Source of the DNA: an uncultured delta proteobacterium
GTDB lineage: Bacteria > Desulfobacterota > Zymogenia > Zymogenales > Zymogenaceae
Reading direction: 5' to 3'
DNA length: 64,000 bases
Assembly (NCBI GenBank): GCA_963735595.1
Contig: CAVTLK010000005.1
Coordinates: 64,001-128,000, forward strand
The notes below the pieces were generated by a model. It worked only from the letters and a program-made list of their open reading frames with translations. It was not told the origin of the DNA and ran no database searches. Shown here in pieces: positions 42,988-53,073 of the stretch. The first letter of the stretch is position 1, and every line of letters starts with the position of its first letter. Position numbers and translations under genes: made by a program.

Positions 42988-43092
42988 GGCGGCCCTATCC
43001 TGTACGGGCCGCATCCGGGGTGCGGCTGCGGCTTGTTTTTACCGCGGCGCCCAGCCGGCGACAATGATGAGGTATCCGGGCGAGCCGTGTAT

Positions 43093-43140
43093 ATACAATA
43101 TCTTGTGGTTAGATTGACGCCAAGGGGCTATATATAAGTT
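43093..43140 (+). promoter_or_regulatory. Tandem NrdR-box-like sites upstream of smc
   Basis: atACAATATCTTGTgg (43093-43108) and a weaker CTATATATAAg core 32 bp downstream. Confidence 0.6.
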
Positions 43141-43193
43141 TTTCACTTTACAATCCGTTCGGGTTGTGTTAAAGATAGTAGCGACACGGAATT

Positions 43194-46100
43194 ATGAAAC
43201 TGAAAAAATTAGACATCATCGGCTTCAAGTCATTCATCGATAAGGTCACGCTCGCCTTTCCCGACGGTGTTACCGCTATTGTCGGCCCAAACGGCTCCGG
43301 AAAATCGAACCTGATGGACGCAATCAAGTGGGCCCTCGGCGAGCAGAGCGCAAAGACGCTCAGGGGCAAGTCGATGGAGGACGTCATCTTCAACGGCTCC
43401 CGCGAAAAAAAACCTCTCGGGATGGCGGAGGTAACCCTTACCTTCGGCAATATCGACGGGAACCTGCCGCACAGCTTTTCGCATTACCACGAGATCACCA
43501 TCCGCCGCCGTATCTACCGCTCGGGAGAAAGCGAATACTTCCTTAACAAGACACCCTGCCGCCTCAAGGATATCACCGACCTGTTTATGGGAACGGGTGT
43601 CGGTTCCAAGGCATACTCGATGATCGCACAGGGCCAGATCGGTGACCTGGTCACCGCCCGGCCGCTCGACCGGCGCAGCATTATCGAGGAGGTCGCCGGC
43701 ATCACCAAGTATAAGGCCAAGAAGATTGAGTCCCAGCGGAAGATGGAGGCGACCCAGACCAATCTGCTGCGCGTCGGAGACATCATCGGGGAGGTAAAAC
43801 GGCAGATGGACTCCCTCTCCCAACAGGCCAGGAAGGCCGAGGAATACAAGGTCCTCAAGACGGACGTGAAGCGTCTGGAACTGATCGCCGCCGCCCGGCA
43901 CTTCATCCGGCTTGCCGAAACCATCAATCGGACGGGGCAGGCGCTGACCGAGAAAGAGCGTGAAGAGACACTCCTGTCCACCCGCCTGACGGTGCTGGAG
44001 GCGGCCATAGAACAGGAGAAGACGGCCTCGCTGGAAAAGGAAGAATCGTTCTCGGAGATCCAGAAGAGCTTTTACATCAACGAAACCGAGATCAAGACCC
44101 TCGAACAGAAGATCGATCACCTCAAGGAGCGGATCGCGCTGACCAACAACCAGAACGGTATCTTCGGGCGGGATATCGACGAGCTGACCCGCTTGATCGA
44201 GGAAAACACGCTCCGCCTTGAACAAACCGGTCAGCAAATTGCCGAATGCGACCGGGATTCTGTTTCCCATCAACAGAAGGTGGAGATTGTCGAGAATAAG
44301 ATCGCGGCCCTGGCCGCGGTAATAGACGACCTGACCGCCCGATGGGAATCCATCCGGGAAAACCAGATGGCTGAGGCGTCCCATATCGCCCGGATCAACA
44401 ACACGATCTCATCAGCGGAGAAATGGATCGAGCGATCAGAGCAGGATATCGAGAAAAAGAAAAATGAGCTTGAGACTATCTCCGAAGAACAGACGAGGCT
44501 TGCCGGCGCGCTGACGGGGATTCGTTCGGAGAAACAGCAGAAACAGCACGAACACGATCAAATGGCCGCCGACCTTTCCCGGATTCAGGGGGACGTCGGC
44601 CGGCATAAGGACCGGGAGGCCCAATTGACCGCTGATCACCGGCGGGCCGAGGAATCGCTGACCAAGGCAACCCTGAGAATTGATTCCCTTGCCGAGATGG
44701 AGAAGAGCTTCGAGGGCCTCACCGAAGGAACCAAGAGCGTTATGACCGGGGACCGGCAGGGCGTTCTCGGAATTTTCGCCGATTTCATCGAATCGGACGA
44801 GCGCCACGAAAAGGCCCTGGAAGGCTACCTCGGTGAGGCGGTCTCGGCGGTGGTCGTCAGGGGCCCGAAGGACGCCAGGGACCACATCGATCGGCTCAAG
44901 GGCTCCGGGTCTGGCCGGGCCGTGTTTATTCCCGTCGGGTCGATGAGACGAAGCTCCGGCGATGACGCCGCGTCGGCCGACGGCGCCATGGGAAGGCTCG
45001 CGGACTTTGTTACGGTAAAGGGGTCAGACGCGGATATCCTCAAGGCCCTGCTGGCCGGTGCGTTCCTTACCGCCGACCTGGGGCAGGCCATCGACATCTG
45101 GGAATCGCGGCGACCCAACGCCACCCTCGTAACCCTCGAAGGGGAAGTGCTGACCCGCGACGGGCTCATTTTCGGGGGAAGCCGCCGGCAGCAGTTCTCG
45201 CTATTGAGAAACAAGCGGGAGAAAAAGACCCTTACCGAAGAACTGGAGGCGATCAAAAAAGAACTTGCCCATCACGATAACGAGCTGCAGAATGCCACAT
45301 CGGCCCTGGCAGAAGGCCAGAAGCAGGAAAAGGCGCTCGAGGCCGAGCTAACCTCCCTCAAGATCCAAATCGAAAAGCTCGACGGGCAGATCGCTTCCGA
45401 TGAGCGGGAAGAGCAGCGGCTTTCGAAGGCCCATCACATGCTTTCCTCGGAGATGGAGCGCGACCGGGCCGAGGTCGTGCGCCTGAAACAGGAACTGGAA
45501 GAATCAATGACCGCCCTGGTTGAGGCAGAGAAAAGGGAGCAGGAGCTAAAGGTGACCGCCGAAGGCGCCAAGTGGGACCTTACGCAGCAACAGCAGGAGA
45601 TGAAGCGGCTTGAAGACGAGGAGACCGAGATCAGGCTGTCCGCCCAGACCGCCCAGGACGCCAAGCGGCACCTCATGTCTTCGGTGGAGGAGTTCAACAG
45701 ACAGGTCGCCCGGGCCCAAAGGGATCAGGAAAACAAGCGAAAGGCCGTTCAGGACGGCGTGGGAGAGATGGAGGAGTATACCCGGAGGATCGCCGAGACC
45801 GAGCAGTACCTGTACGGCGCCATAGAACAAGCCAAGCTCATCGAGGACAGGATGCGTGACGCCCGGGCGCAGCTGGACGCCGCGGGCCTCAAACAGCACG
45901 ACCTGGACGAGGAGAGGCGGCAGCTGGCCAAGACCCTCTCCTCCATCCGGGAGGAGGTCCAGCGCAACCGGGACGCGGTAAAGGAGCAGGCCTTCGAACA
46001 GGAGAACCTGACCACGCGTATTCGGGAGCGGCATCAGGAAGATTTGAGGGAGGTCCATTCGGAATACCTGACCGAAGAGATAACCGACGAAGAGCTCACT

Positions 46101-46733
46101 GCCAGACGTGAGGCGGCCCAGAGAAAGATCGAACGATTCGGCGAGGTAAACCTCATGGCGCTCTCGGAATACAATACGCTGGCAGAGCGGTTCGAATTTC
46201 TCAAGACGCAAGAAACCGACCTCGTGACGTCACTTGACTCGCTTGCGGATACCATCAAACGAATCGATCGAAAATCACGGGAGCGGTTCACGGCGGCGTT
46301 TGAAGAGATCAATGAGAAATTCAAGGACGTCTTTGCGAGGCTCTTGCCGGGCGGCCGCGCGCGGCTCATCCTGACCGATGAATCCGATCCTCTCGAGAGC
46401 GGCGTTGATATCCTGGCCCAACCGGTGGGCAAGCGGCTGTCAAGCATTACGCTACTTTCCGGCGGTGAGAAGGCCCTGACCGCCATCGCGCTGATATTCG
46501 CCGTTTTCATGGTAAAACCCACCCCGTTTTGTATAATGGATGAAATGGACGCGCCGCTGGACGACATCAATACCGAGCGCATCATCGATCTCCTCAAGGA
46601 GATATCCCTGTCTTCGCAGGTTATCCTGATTACCCATAACAAAAAGACCATGGAGATGGCCGATACCCTGTACGGGCTTACCATGGAAGAGCCGGGGGTG
46701 TCCAAGACCGTTTCGGTGAAGCTGACCGCATAA
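43194..46733 (+). CDS. smc: Chromosome segregation protein SMC
   Basis: GFKSF, GPNGSGKSN, long coiled coils with hinge, LSGGEK, DEMDAPLD; 1179 aa. Confidence 0.98.
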   Translation: MKLKKLDIIGFKSFIDKVTLAFPDGVTAIVGPNGSGKSNLMDAIKWALGEQSAKTLRGKSMEDVIFNGSREKKPLGMAEVTLTFGNIDGNLPHSFSHYHEITIRRRIYRSGESEYFLNKTPCRLKDITDLFMGTGVGSKAYSMIAQGQIGDLVTARPLDRRSIIEEVAGITKYKAKKIESQRKMEATQTNLLRVGDIIGEVKRQMDSLSQQARKAEEYKVLKTDVKRLELIAAARHFIRLAETINRTGQALTEKEREETLLSTRLTVLEAAIEQEKTASLEKEESFSEIQKSFYINETEIKTLEQKIDHLKERIALTNNQNGIFGRDIDELTRLIEENTLRLEQTGQQIAECDRDSVSHQQKVEIVENKIAALAAVIDDLTARWESIRENQMAEASHIARINNTISSAEKWIERSEQDIEKKKNELETISEEQTRLAGALTGIRSEKQQKQHEHDQMAADLSRIQGDVGRHKDREAQLTADHRRAEESLTKATLRIDSLAEMEKSFEGLTEGTKSVMTGDRQGVLGIFADFIESDERHEKALEGYLGEAVSAVVVRGPKDARDHIDRLKGSGSGRAVFIPVGSMRRSSGDDAASADGAMGRLADFVTVKGSDADILKALLAGAFLTADLGQAIDIWESRRPNATLVTLEGEVLTRDGLIFGGSRRQQFSLLRNKREKKTLTEELEAIKKELAHHDNELQNATSALAEGQKQEKALEAELTSLKIQIEKLDGQIASDEREEQRLSKAHHMLSSEMERDRAEVVRLKQELEESMTALVEAEKREQELKVTAEGAKWDLTQQQQEMKRLEDEETEIRLSAQTAQDAKRHLMSSVEEFNRQVARAQRDQENKRKAVQDGVGEMEEYTRRIAETEQYLYGAIEQAKLIEDRMRDARAQLDAAGLKQHDLDEERRQLAKTLSSIREEVQRNRDAVKEQAFEQENLTTRIRERHQEDLREVHSEYLTEEITDEELTARREAAQRKIERFGEVNLMALSEYNTLAERFEFLKTQETDLVTSLDSLADTIKRIDRKSRERFTAAFEEINEKFKDVFARLLPGGRARLILTDESDPLESGVDILAQPVGKRLSSITLLSGGEKALTAIALIFAVFMVKPTPFCIMDEMDAPLDDINTERIIDLLKEISLSSQVILITHNKKTMEMADTLYGLTMEEPGVSKTVSVKLTA

Positions 46734-46745
46734 AAGGGGGAGCCG

Positions 46746-47105
46746 ATGCTGTTTTTCGATACGATCAAACGGCTTGTTGATGAGATCCCGCAGGCGTCAG
46801 GTTGCATCATGGTGGACCGGCACGGAGATGAAATCATCACGTTTGCTCCCGAAAACGACTTCCAGATGAAGCTGCTGGGGGCCCACATGGTTCTTATCCA
46901 CCAGAAGCTTGCCGCGATAGAAAGGCGGATGGAAACGGGAAAGCATCGCGAGGTCTTTATCAGGACGGACAATATCTACGTTATTACCACCCAGCTGCCG
47001 GACGGCAACTACCTCGTGTTGCGCCTGTCCCCGACCCCGTTGATCTCGCTTTCGCTCGAAAGGCTCCGAAAAGCGATCGTCGACATTATCGAAGAGGGCC
47101 AATGA
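46746..47105 (+). CDS. Roadblock/LC7 domain protein
   Basis: 119 aa alpha-beta-beta-alpha-beta-beta-beta-alpha pattern (IPQASGCIMVDRHG...); coupled to ftsY. Confidence 0.7.
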   Translation: MLFFDTIKRLVDEIPQASGCIMVDRHGDEIITFAPENDFQMKLLGAHMVLIHQKLAAIERRMETGKHREVFIRTDNIYVITTQLPDGNYLVLRLSPTPLISLSLERLRKAIVDIIEEGQ

Positions 47106-48037
47106 GCGGCAAGGGGCTCATCTCGTCGCTATTCAAAGGGCTTTCAAAGACCCGCCAGGGCTTTACCGATCGGCTCGATACCCTGATCTCGGGGGCGCAC
47201 GGCCTGGACGAGGGGCTTTATGATGAGATCGAAGAGCTCCTGGTAACCGCCGACATCGGCCTTCCACTGACCCAGAAGATTCTCGAGGAGCTCTCGGTGT
47301 GGGCTGGAAAGAATTCCATGAACAGGGCCGAGGGTACACTCCGGATAAAGGAATCGCTGTTGTCGGTCCTCGAGGGCAGCGAGGCAACCATACAGGCAAG
47401 CGACGAACCTCCCACGGTTGTCCTTGTCGTGGGGGTAAACGGCACCGGAAAAACCACCACGATCGCCAAGGTTGCGCGCCATTTGATCGGCAACGGCAGG
47501 AGCGTACTGCTTGCGGCCGGGGATACGTTTCGTGACGCGGCCGTTGAGCAGCTCTCGGTATGGGGCGACCGCCTCGGCGTCGAGGTCATTGCCCAAAAAC
47601 AGGGGGCGGACCCCGCCGCTGTCGCCTTTGATGCGCTGGTCCGGGCCCAGACCCGGGGGATTGACTACCTCTTCGTCGATACGGCGGGGAGGCTCCACAC
47701 CAAGTACAATCTTGTCGAGGAACTCAAAAAGATAAAGCGGGTGCTGAAGGACCGGATGCCCTCGGCCCCCCATGAGACGCTCCTCGTGCTGGATGCCGGG
47801 ATAGGCCAGAACAATATCGCCCAGGCCAGGAAATTTAACGAAGAGGTCGGGATTACGGGTATCGTCCTGACAAAACTGGACGGCAGCGCCAAGGGTGGCG
47901 CGATTTTTCCCCTCTTTGCGGATCTCAGAATCCCCATTAAGTACGTCGGTGTCGGAGAAGGCGCCGACGATCTTATGCCGTTTGACCGGCACAGTTTCGT
48001 GGAGGCGCTCTTTTCTACGGAAGCCGATGCCGCTTGA
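47102..48037 (+). CDS. ftsY: Signal recognition particle receptor FtsY
   Basis: GVNGTGKTT, DTFRDAA, DTAGR, TKLDGSAKGG. Confidence 0.97.
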   Translation: MSGKGLISSLFKGLSKTRQGFTDRLDTLISGAHGLDEGLYDEIEELLVTADIGLPLTQKILEELSVWAGKNSMNRAEGTLRIKESLLSVLEGSEATIQASDEPPTVVLVVGVNGTGKTTTIAKVARHLIGNGRSVLLAAGDTFRDAAVEQLSVWGDRLGVEVIAQKQGADPAAVAFDALVRAQTRGIDYLFVDTAGRLHTKYNLVEELKKIKRVLKDRMPSAPHETLLVLDAGIGQNNIAQARKFNEEVGITGIVLTKLDGSAKGGAIFPLFADLRIPIKYVGVGEGADDLMPFDRHSFVEALFSTEADAA

Positions 48038-48075
48038 CTCTGACCCATAAAACCGCACACCTAAACAAATAATTC

Positions 48076-48104
48076 TTGACTTTTCCCCCCCATAATTTCA
48101 TAAT
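48076..48104 (+). promoter_or_regulatory. Sigma70-type promoter of the 6S-fau-rny unit
   Basis: TTGACT-17-CATAAT. Confidence 0.65.
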
Positions 48105-48224
48105 AAGATTAAGGTGTGGGATAACGTTCCACGGTCAGCCCGCCATACGGGCTACCTCCTGGAACGGAAGCCCCCCGCAGTACGTTTTAACGCAATATGA
48201 ATACATAATCAACGAGGTGTTATG

Positions 48225-48420
48225 GCTTTCATGCCCCCTGCCGTGTTCGTGATGGGGGGGATCTTTTTTGAGCCAACAGAAACAAAACGGGGAGCCGTCT
48301 CTCGCCGCGGTGTGTATGCCTTGAAAGAGGAAACCTTAAGCGGCAACATGGCGCCCACCTGTAAAAAACAGGTTCAAATAAAACACCAACACACGGCACA
48401 GCCGCGGGGGGCATGAAGGC
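48225..48420 (+). ncRNA. ssrS: 6S RNA
   Basis: Long closing stem (TTCATGCCCCC / GGGGGCATGAA), GCCGTGT/ACACGGC, TTGAGCC/GGTTCAA, central bubble; lies upstream of the 5-formyl-THF cyclo-ligase gene, the conserved ssrS-ygfA arrangement. Confidence 0.88.
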
Positions 48421-48631
48421 CCTTTAAACCGTTTTCGGCCGGTTGAACAGACAAGGGAAAGACCGTTACGATAGATGATTAAGAAGAGATACGAGGGTCG
48501 CCGGGCGACCTCCCTATTATAGACAGCACACACTCTTTCCATCTCGGTACGCTAAATCCCTATCTTTCAACCCCCCCAAAGTTTTTAACGGCCGATTGCT
48601 CACGGCGGTGCGGCGCGTGTGAGGGTCAACC

Positions 48632-49201
48632 GTGACCAAGGACGAGATCAGAAAAGAGATCCTCACCCGGCGGCTCGGCCTGAGCGATTCCGACGTGTCT
48701 GTGAAAAGCGAGTCGATCTGCCGCCGCCTTATCTCGGACGAGGTTTTCACTGCGGCCTCCGTGATCGGCCTCTACTGGCCGTTTAGAAACGAGGTCCTGA
48801 CCGAGCCCATTTTTCGGGCCGCCCGGTCCGGCCGCAAACGGGTAGGGTTTCCGCTGGCGCGCTCCGAGGATCGGGCGCTCATCTATATAGCGGTCGATGA
48901 TCCTGCGGATATGGCGACGGGGAGCTACGGTATCAGGGAGCCCCGCTATATCCCCCGGCGGGTCATTCCCGCCGAGGAGTTTGACCTTATCCTCATGCCC
49001 GGCGTCGCCTTCGATACGAGGGGGTATCGCATCGGGTACGGAGGGGGATATTTCGATCGGTTTTTTGCCGATCGTTCGGTAACTGCAACGAGGGCGGCGC
49101 CGGCCTTTGATATCCAAATGGTCGATCGGGTCCCCCACAAGGAGCATGATAGGAAGGTTGACGTTATCTTTACTGAAAGCCGCGTTATCATGTGTTCGTA
49201 A
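48632..49201 (+). CDS. fau: 5-formyltetrahydrofolate cyclo-ligase
   Basis: KDEIRK, YGIREP, PGVAFD, RIGYGGGYFDR, HD. Confidence 0.95.
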   Translation: MTKDEIRKEILTRRLGLSDSDVSVKSESICRRLISDEVFTAASVIGLYWPFRNEVLTEPIFRAARSGRKRVGFPLARSEDRALIYIAVDDPADMATGSYGIREPRYIPRRVIPAEEFDLILMPGVAFDTRGYRIGYGGGYFDRFFADRSVTATRAAPAFDIQMVDRVPHKEHDRKVDVIFTESRVIMCS

Positions 49202-49233
49202 AAAGCAACCTGCCTTATAAGGAGGTAGTACCA

Positions 49234-50796
49234 TTGTTAACGGTTCAAATAGTAGTATCGGTTGTTGTCGGCATCGCCGCGGGTCTGATTCTCGGGTACC
49301 TCTTGAAAATGATCTGGGCCAAGAAGAAGATCGAGGCCGCTAAAGAGACGGCCTCCAAGATCATAAACGAGGCGCACCGTCAGGCCGACTCCATCAAGAA
49401 AGAGGCCGATCTCTCGGCAAAAGATACCCTCTACCAGATGAAGAGCGAGTTCGAGCGCGAGACCAAGGAGAAGAAAAACAGCTTCCTGGTCCAGGAAAAG
49501 CGCCTTCTCCAGAAGGAAGAGAATATCGAAAAGAAGGTGGAGCAGATCGACCAGAAAGAGGCCGATCTCTCCAAAAAAGACCGGGCGTTAACCGCCCAGG
49601 CGCGGGTGGTCGAGGAAAAGGAAAACAAGTATAACGAAATGGTCGAGGAACAGAAAAAGGTCCTCGAGAGGGTCAGTGGGATATCCCGGGACGCGGCCAA
49701 AGAAGAGCTGGTTAAGATCATCGAGGACGACGCGCGGCACGAAGCCGCCAAGTCGCTCAGGAGAATCGAAGACGAGCTACGCGAAAACGCCGACAAGAAG
49801 TCCAAAGAGATCATTTCTACCGCTATCCAGCGATACGCCGGCGAGTATGTGACCGAGCGGACTGTCTCTATCGTAAGCCTGCCCAACGAGGAAATGAAGG
49901 GAAGGATCATCGGGCGCGAGGGGCGTAACATTCGCGCCATCGAGGCGGCCACAGGCGTCGACCTTGTCATAGACGATACCCCGGAAGCGGTTATCCTTTC
50001 TTCGCATAATCCGGTCCGCCGCGAGATCGCCCGGATAGCATTGGAGCGTCTCATGTCCGACGGAAGGATCCATCCCGCCCGGATCGAAGAGATCGTTACC
50101 AAGGTCGGCGAGGAGCTCGAAAACGCCATCAGGGACGCGGGAGAGCGGGCCTGCTTCGACCTCGGCCTGCACGGCCTGCATCCGGAATTGGTCAAGCTCA
50201 TCGGGCGTTTGAAATACCGCACCAGCTTTGCGCAGAACGTCTATCAGCACTCGCTGGAGGTGGCCTTCCTCATGGGAATTATGGCCGCGGAGCTCAAGCT
50301 CAATATAAAACAGGCAAAGCGGGCGGGACTTCTGCACGATATCGGCAAGGCCGTCGACCACGAGGTGGAGGGCCCCCATGCGACAATCGGGGCCGACCTT
50401 GCGCGGCGCTACGGGGAATCCCCGCGGATCATCCACACAATCGCGGCGCATCACAACGACGAGGCGCCCGATTCGGTCTTCGCGGTGCTGATCCAGGCGG
50501 CCGATACGCTGTCGGCGGCGCGCCCCGGCGCGCGCAAAGAGATGCTGGAGACCTACGTAAAGCGCCTGGACGAGCTGGAAAGGATCACCCGTTCGTTTAC
50601 CGGCATCTCCAAGACCTACGCCATCCAGGCCGGGAGGGAGCTTCGCATCATCGTATCGAGCGAGCAGATAACCGACGATGAGTCTCTCATGCTTTCCAAG
50701 GATATCGCCAAAAAGATCGAGAGCGAACTCACCTATCCCGGTCAGATCAAGGTTACCGTCATCAGGGAGACGAGGTCGGTCGAATTCGCGAAATAG
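49234..50796 (+). CDS. rny: Ribonuclease Y
   Basis: N-terminal TM + coiled coil, KGRIIGREGRNIR (KH), GLLHDIGK (HD), YAIQAGRE; TTG start after SD GGAGG. Confidence 0.97.
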   Translation: MLTVQIVVSVVVGIAAGLILGYLLKMIWAKKKIEAAKETASKIINEAHRQADSIKKEADLSAKDTLYQMKSEFERETKEKKNSFLVQEKRLLQKEENIEKKVEQIDQKEADLSKKDRALTAQARVVEEKENKYNEMVEEQKKVLERVSGISRDAAKEELVKIIEDDARHEAAKSLRRIEDELRENADKKSKEIISTAIQRYAGEYVTERTVSIVSLPNEEMKGRIIGREGRNIRAIEAATGVDLVIDDTPEAVILSSHNPVRREIARIALERLMSDGRIHPARIEEIVTKVGEELENAIRDAGERACFDLGLHGLHPELVKLIGRLKYRTSFAQNVYQHSLEVAFLMGIMAAELKLNIKQAKRAGLLHDIGKAVDHEVEGPHATIGADLARRYGESPRIIHTIAAHHNDEAPDSVFAVLIQAADTLSAARPGARKEMLETYVKRLDELERITRSFTGISKTYAIQAGRELRIIVSSEQITDDESLMLSKDIAKKIESELTYPGQIKVTVIRETRSVEFAK

Positions 50797-50973
50797 CCAA
50801 TAGCCGGCCGGTCTCGACCGCGTCTATTCCCGGGCGACGTGCAGCCGGGCCCTGCCGGGACGGACGGCCCGCTTCTGCAGTAATCAACCCGTTCCAAGGA
50901 TCGGGAATAGCCGCGCCGAAGGTACGGCACGCCGTAAAACGGGGCCGATGCACGGGGGGGCGATAGGATCGGT

Positions 50974-51798
50974 ATGTTTGCTAATGGCTCGTATAACGAT
51001 ATCGTCCGGGTGTTATTTTTCGGAGACATCGTCGGCAAGCCCGGCCGGAGGGCCATGAGGCACTTCCTGCCGCGGCTTTCCGATACATACCGTGCGGACC
51101 TCGTGATCGCCAACGGGGAGAACTCCGCCGGCGGTTTCGGGCTCACCGTGGATACGGCCCGGGAGATGTTTGACGGCGGTGTGGACGTTATTACCACCGG
51201 CAACCACGTCTGGGATAAGCGGGAGATAATGGAGTATATCGACCAGACTCCGCGGCTGCTGCGGCCGGGCAACTACCCGGACGGGGCGCCGGGGGAAGGG
51301 ACGGTAACGGTAAGGACTCCCGGCGGCCACCTGATATCGGTCATCAACCTGATCGGCAGGGTCTTCATGGGGCTCTTTGACGACCCGTTTGCACGGGCCG
51401 GCCGGGACGTTTCGCGGCTCTCCAAGGAGAGCCGCATTATTATTGTCGATTTCCACGGCGAAGAGACGCGCGAAAAGCAGGCCCTTGGCCATTTCCTTGA
51501 CGGCTCGGTGAGCGCCGTCATCGGCACCCACACGCACGTCCAGACCGCCGACGAGCGTATCCTGGGGGGCGGAACCGCCTTCATAACGGACGCCGGCATG
51601 ACCGGGCCCACCGACTCGGTCATCGGGGTTAAAAAGGAGCGGGCCATCTCCCGCTTTCTTACTTCCATGCCCCAGCGGTTCGAGACGGCCAAGCACGCGG
51701 TGGAGGCCCAGGGGGTGCTCGTTACCATCGACACCAGAACCGGAAAATCATTGGATATCCTCAGATTCAAAGAGAAATACGAAGAAGGGAAAGCATGA
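50974..51798 (+). CDS. ymdB: YmdB/TIGR00282 metallophosphoesterase
   Basis: [37 protein letters not shown]. Confidence 0.93.
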   Translation: MFANGSYNDIVRVLFFGDIVGKPGRRAMRHFLPRLSDTYRADLVIANGENSAGGFGLTVDTAREMFDGGVDVITTGNHVWDKREIMEYIDQTPRLLRPGNYPDGAPGEGTVTVRTPGGHLISVINLIGRVFMGLFDDPFARAGRDVSRLSKESRIIIVDFHGEETREKQALGHFLDGSVSAVIGTHTHVQTADERILGGGTAFITDAGMTGPTDSVIGVKKERAISRFLTSMPQRFETAKHAVEAQGVLVTIDTRTGKSLDILRFKEKYEEGKA

Positions 51799-53018
51799 AC
51801 GATAAGCTCAACGAACAGATGGACCTCATTAATCGGGGCACGGTGGAGATTATCACAGCCGGAGAGCTGGAGAAAAAGATCAGCAAATCCATAGCGGAAA
51901 AGAAGCCGCTTACCGTCAAGACCGGATTTGACCCGACGGCCCCGGACCTCCACTTCGGGCATACGGTCCTGATCCAGAAGATGAAGCATTTTCAGGACCT
52001 CGGCCATCGGGTTGTCTTTCTTATCGGCGATTTTACCGGGATGATCGGCGATCCCTCGGGAAGGTCGTCCACACGCGAGCCGATGACGCGGCAGCAGCTG
52101 CTCATCAACGCGGAGACCTACAAAGAGCAGGTCTTCAAGATCCTCGATAAGGATAAGACGGTCATCGCGTTCAACTCTACCTGGATGAATGAGCTGGGAA
52201 TTGACGGCTTTGTCGAGATATCGGCCCAGATGACGGTAGCCAGGATGCTGGAGCGTGAGGATTTCAAGGCCCGATTCGTCAACAACCAGCCCATATCCAT
52301 CCACGAGTTCCTCTACCCCCTCGTTCAGGGGTATGACTCGGTGGCACTCAAAGCCGACGTGGAGCTCGGGGGGACCGATCAAATATTCAACCTGCTGGTG
52401 GGGCGCGATCTTCAGAAGTATTTCGGCCAGCCCCCGCAGGTCGTCCTGACGGTACCGATCCTGGTGGGTACCGACGGCGTAAAAAAGATGAGCAAGTCGG
52501 TCGGCAACTACATCGGAATCACGGAGCCGCCCGGCGAGATATTCGGCAAGGTCATGAGTATCTCGGACGTGCTGATGATAAACTTCTACGAGCTGCTCTC
52601 AAATATCCCCACGGCGGAGTTCAACCGCCTGAAGGAAGATATCGCGCGGGGGACGAAAAACCCGAAAGAGGCCAAGGAAGACCTGGCCGAGGAGCTGACC
52701 GCCCGGTTCTGGGGGAGTGAGAAGGCGCAGGAGGCGCGGCGGGAGTTCGGCAGGATATTTGCCGAGGGCAAGGTCCCCACAGACGTTCCCGAGATTATCT
52801 ACCCGAAGAGCGGCGAGATCTGGCTGCCCCGGGTATTTACCGAAACGGGGACGACCGCTTCCACCTCCGAGGCCAAGCGGATGATCGCCTCCGGCGCAGT
52901 GTCGATCGACGGGCAGAAGATGACGGAAGAAAACGGCTTCTACAAGGCGGGAGAGAAGCATATCTTCAAGGTCGGCAAGAAGAAGTTTGTCTCGATCGTT
53001 TTTAAGGAAGAAAAGTAG
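51795..53018 (+). CDS. tyrS: Tyrosine--tRNA ligase
   Basis: [28 protein letters not shown]-terminal S4 domain. Confidence 0.97.
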   Translation: MNDKLNEQMDLINRGTVEIITAGELEKKISKSIAEKKPLTVKTGFDPTAPDLHFGHTVLIQKMKHFQDLGHRVVFLIGDFTGMIGDPSGRSSTREPMTRQQLLINAETYKEQVFKILDKDKTVIAFNSTWMNELGIDGFVEISAQMTVARMLEREDFKARFVNNQPISIHEFLYPLVQGYDSVALKADVELGGTDQIFNLLVGRDLQKYFGQPPQVVLTVPILVGTDGVKKMSKSVGNYIGITEPPGEIFGKVMSISDVLMINFYELLSNIPTAEFNRLKEDIARGTKNPKEAKEDLAEELTARFWGSEKAQEARREFGRIFAEGKVPTDVPEIIYPKSGEIWLPRVFTETGTTASTSEAKRMIASGAVSIDGQKMTEENGFYKAGEKHIFKVGKKKFVSIVFKEEK

Positions 53019-53073
53019 GGGGGCTCCCGGTTTGCTGGCCGGGGCGTCCCAGGCCGGTAATCTCACCTTGTCC

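Noticed and set aside
48115..48180. SRP (4.5S) RNA next to ftsY
   Set aside because: Lacks the conserved CAGG-GNRA-AGCA domain IV motif.
50797..50973. T-box or other leader in the rny-ymdB-tyrS region
   Set aside because: Only generic GC-rich hairpins; no T-box motif, and tyrS overlaps ymdB directly.
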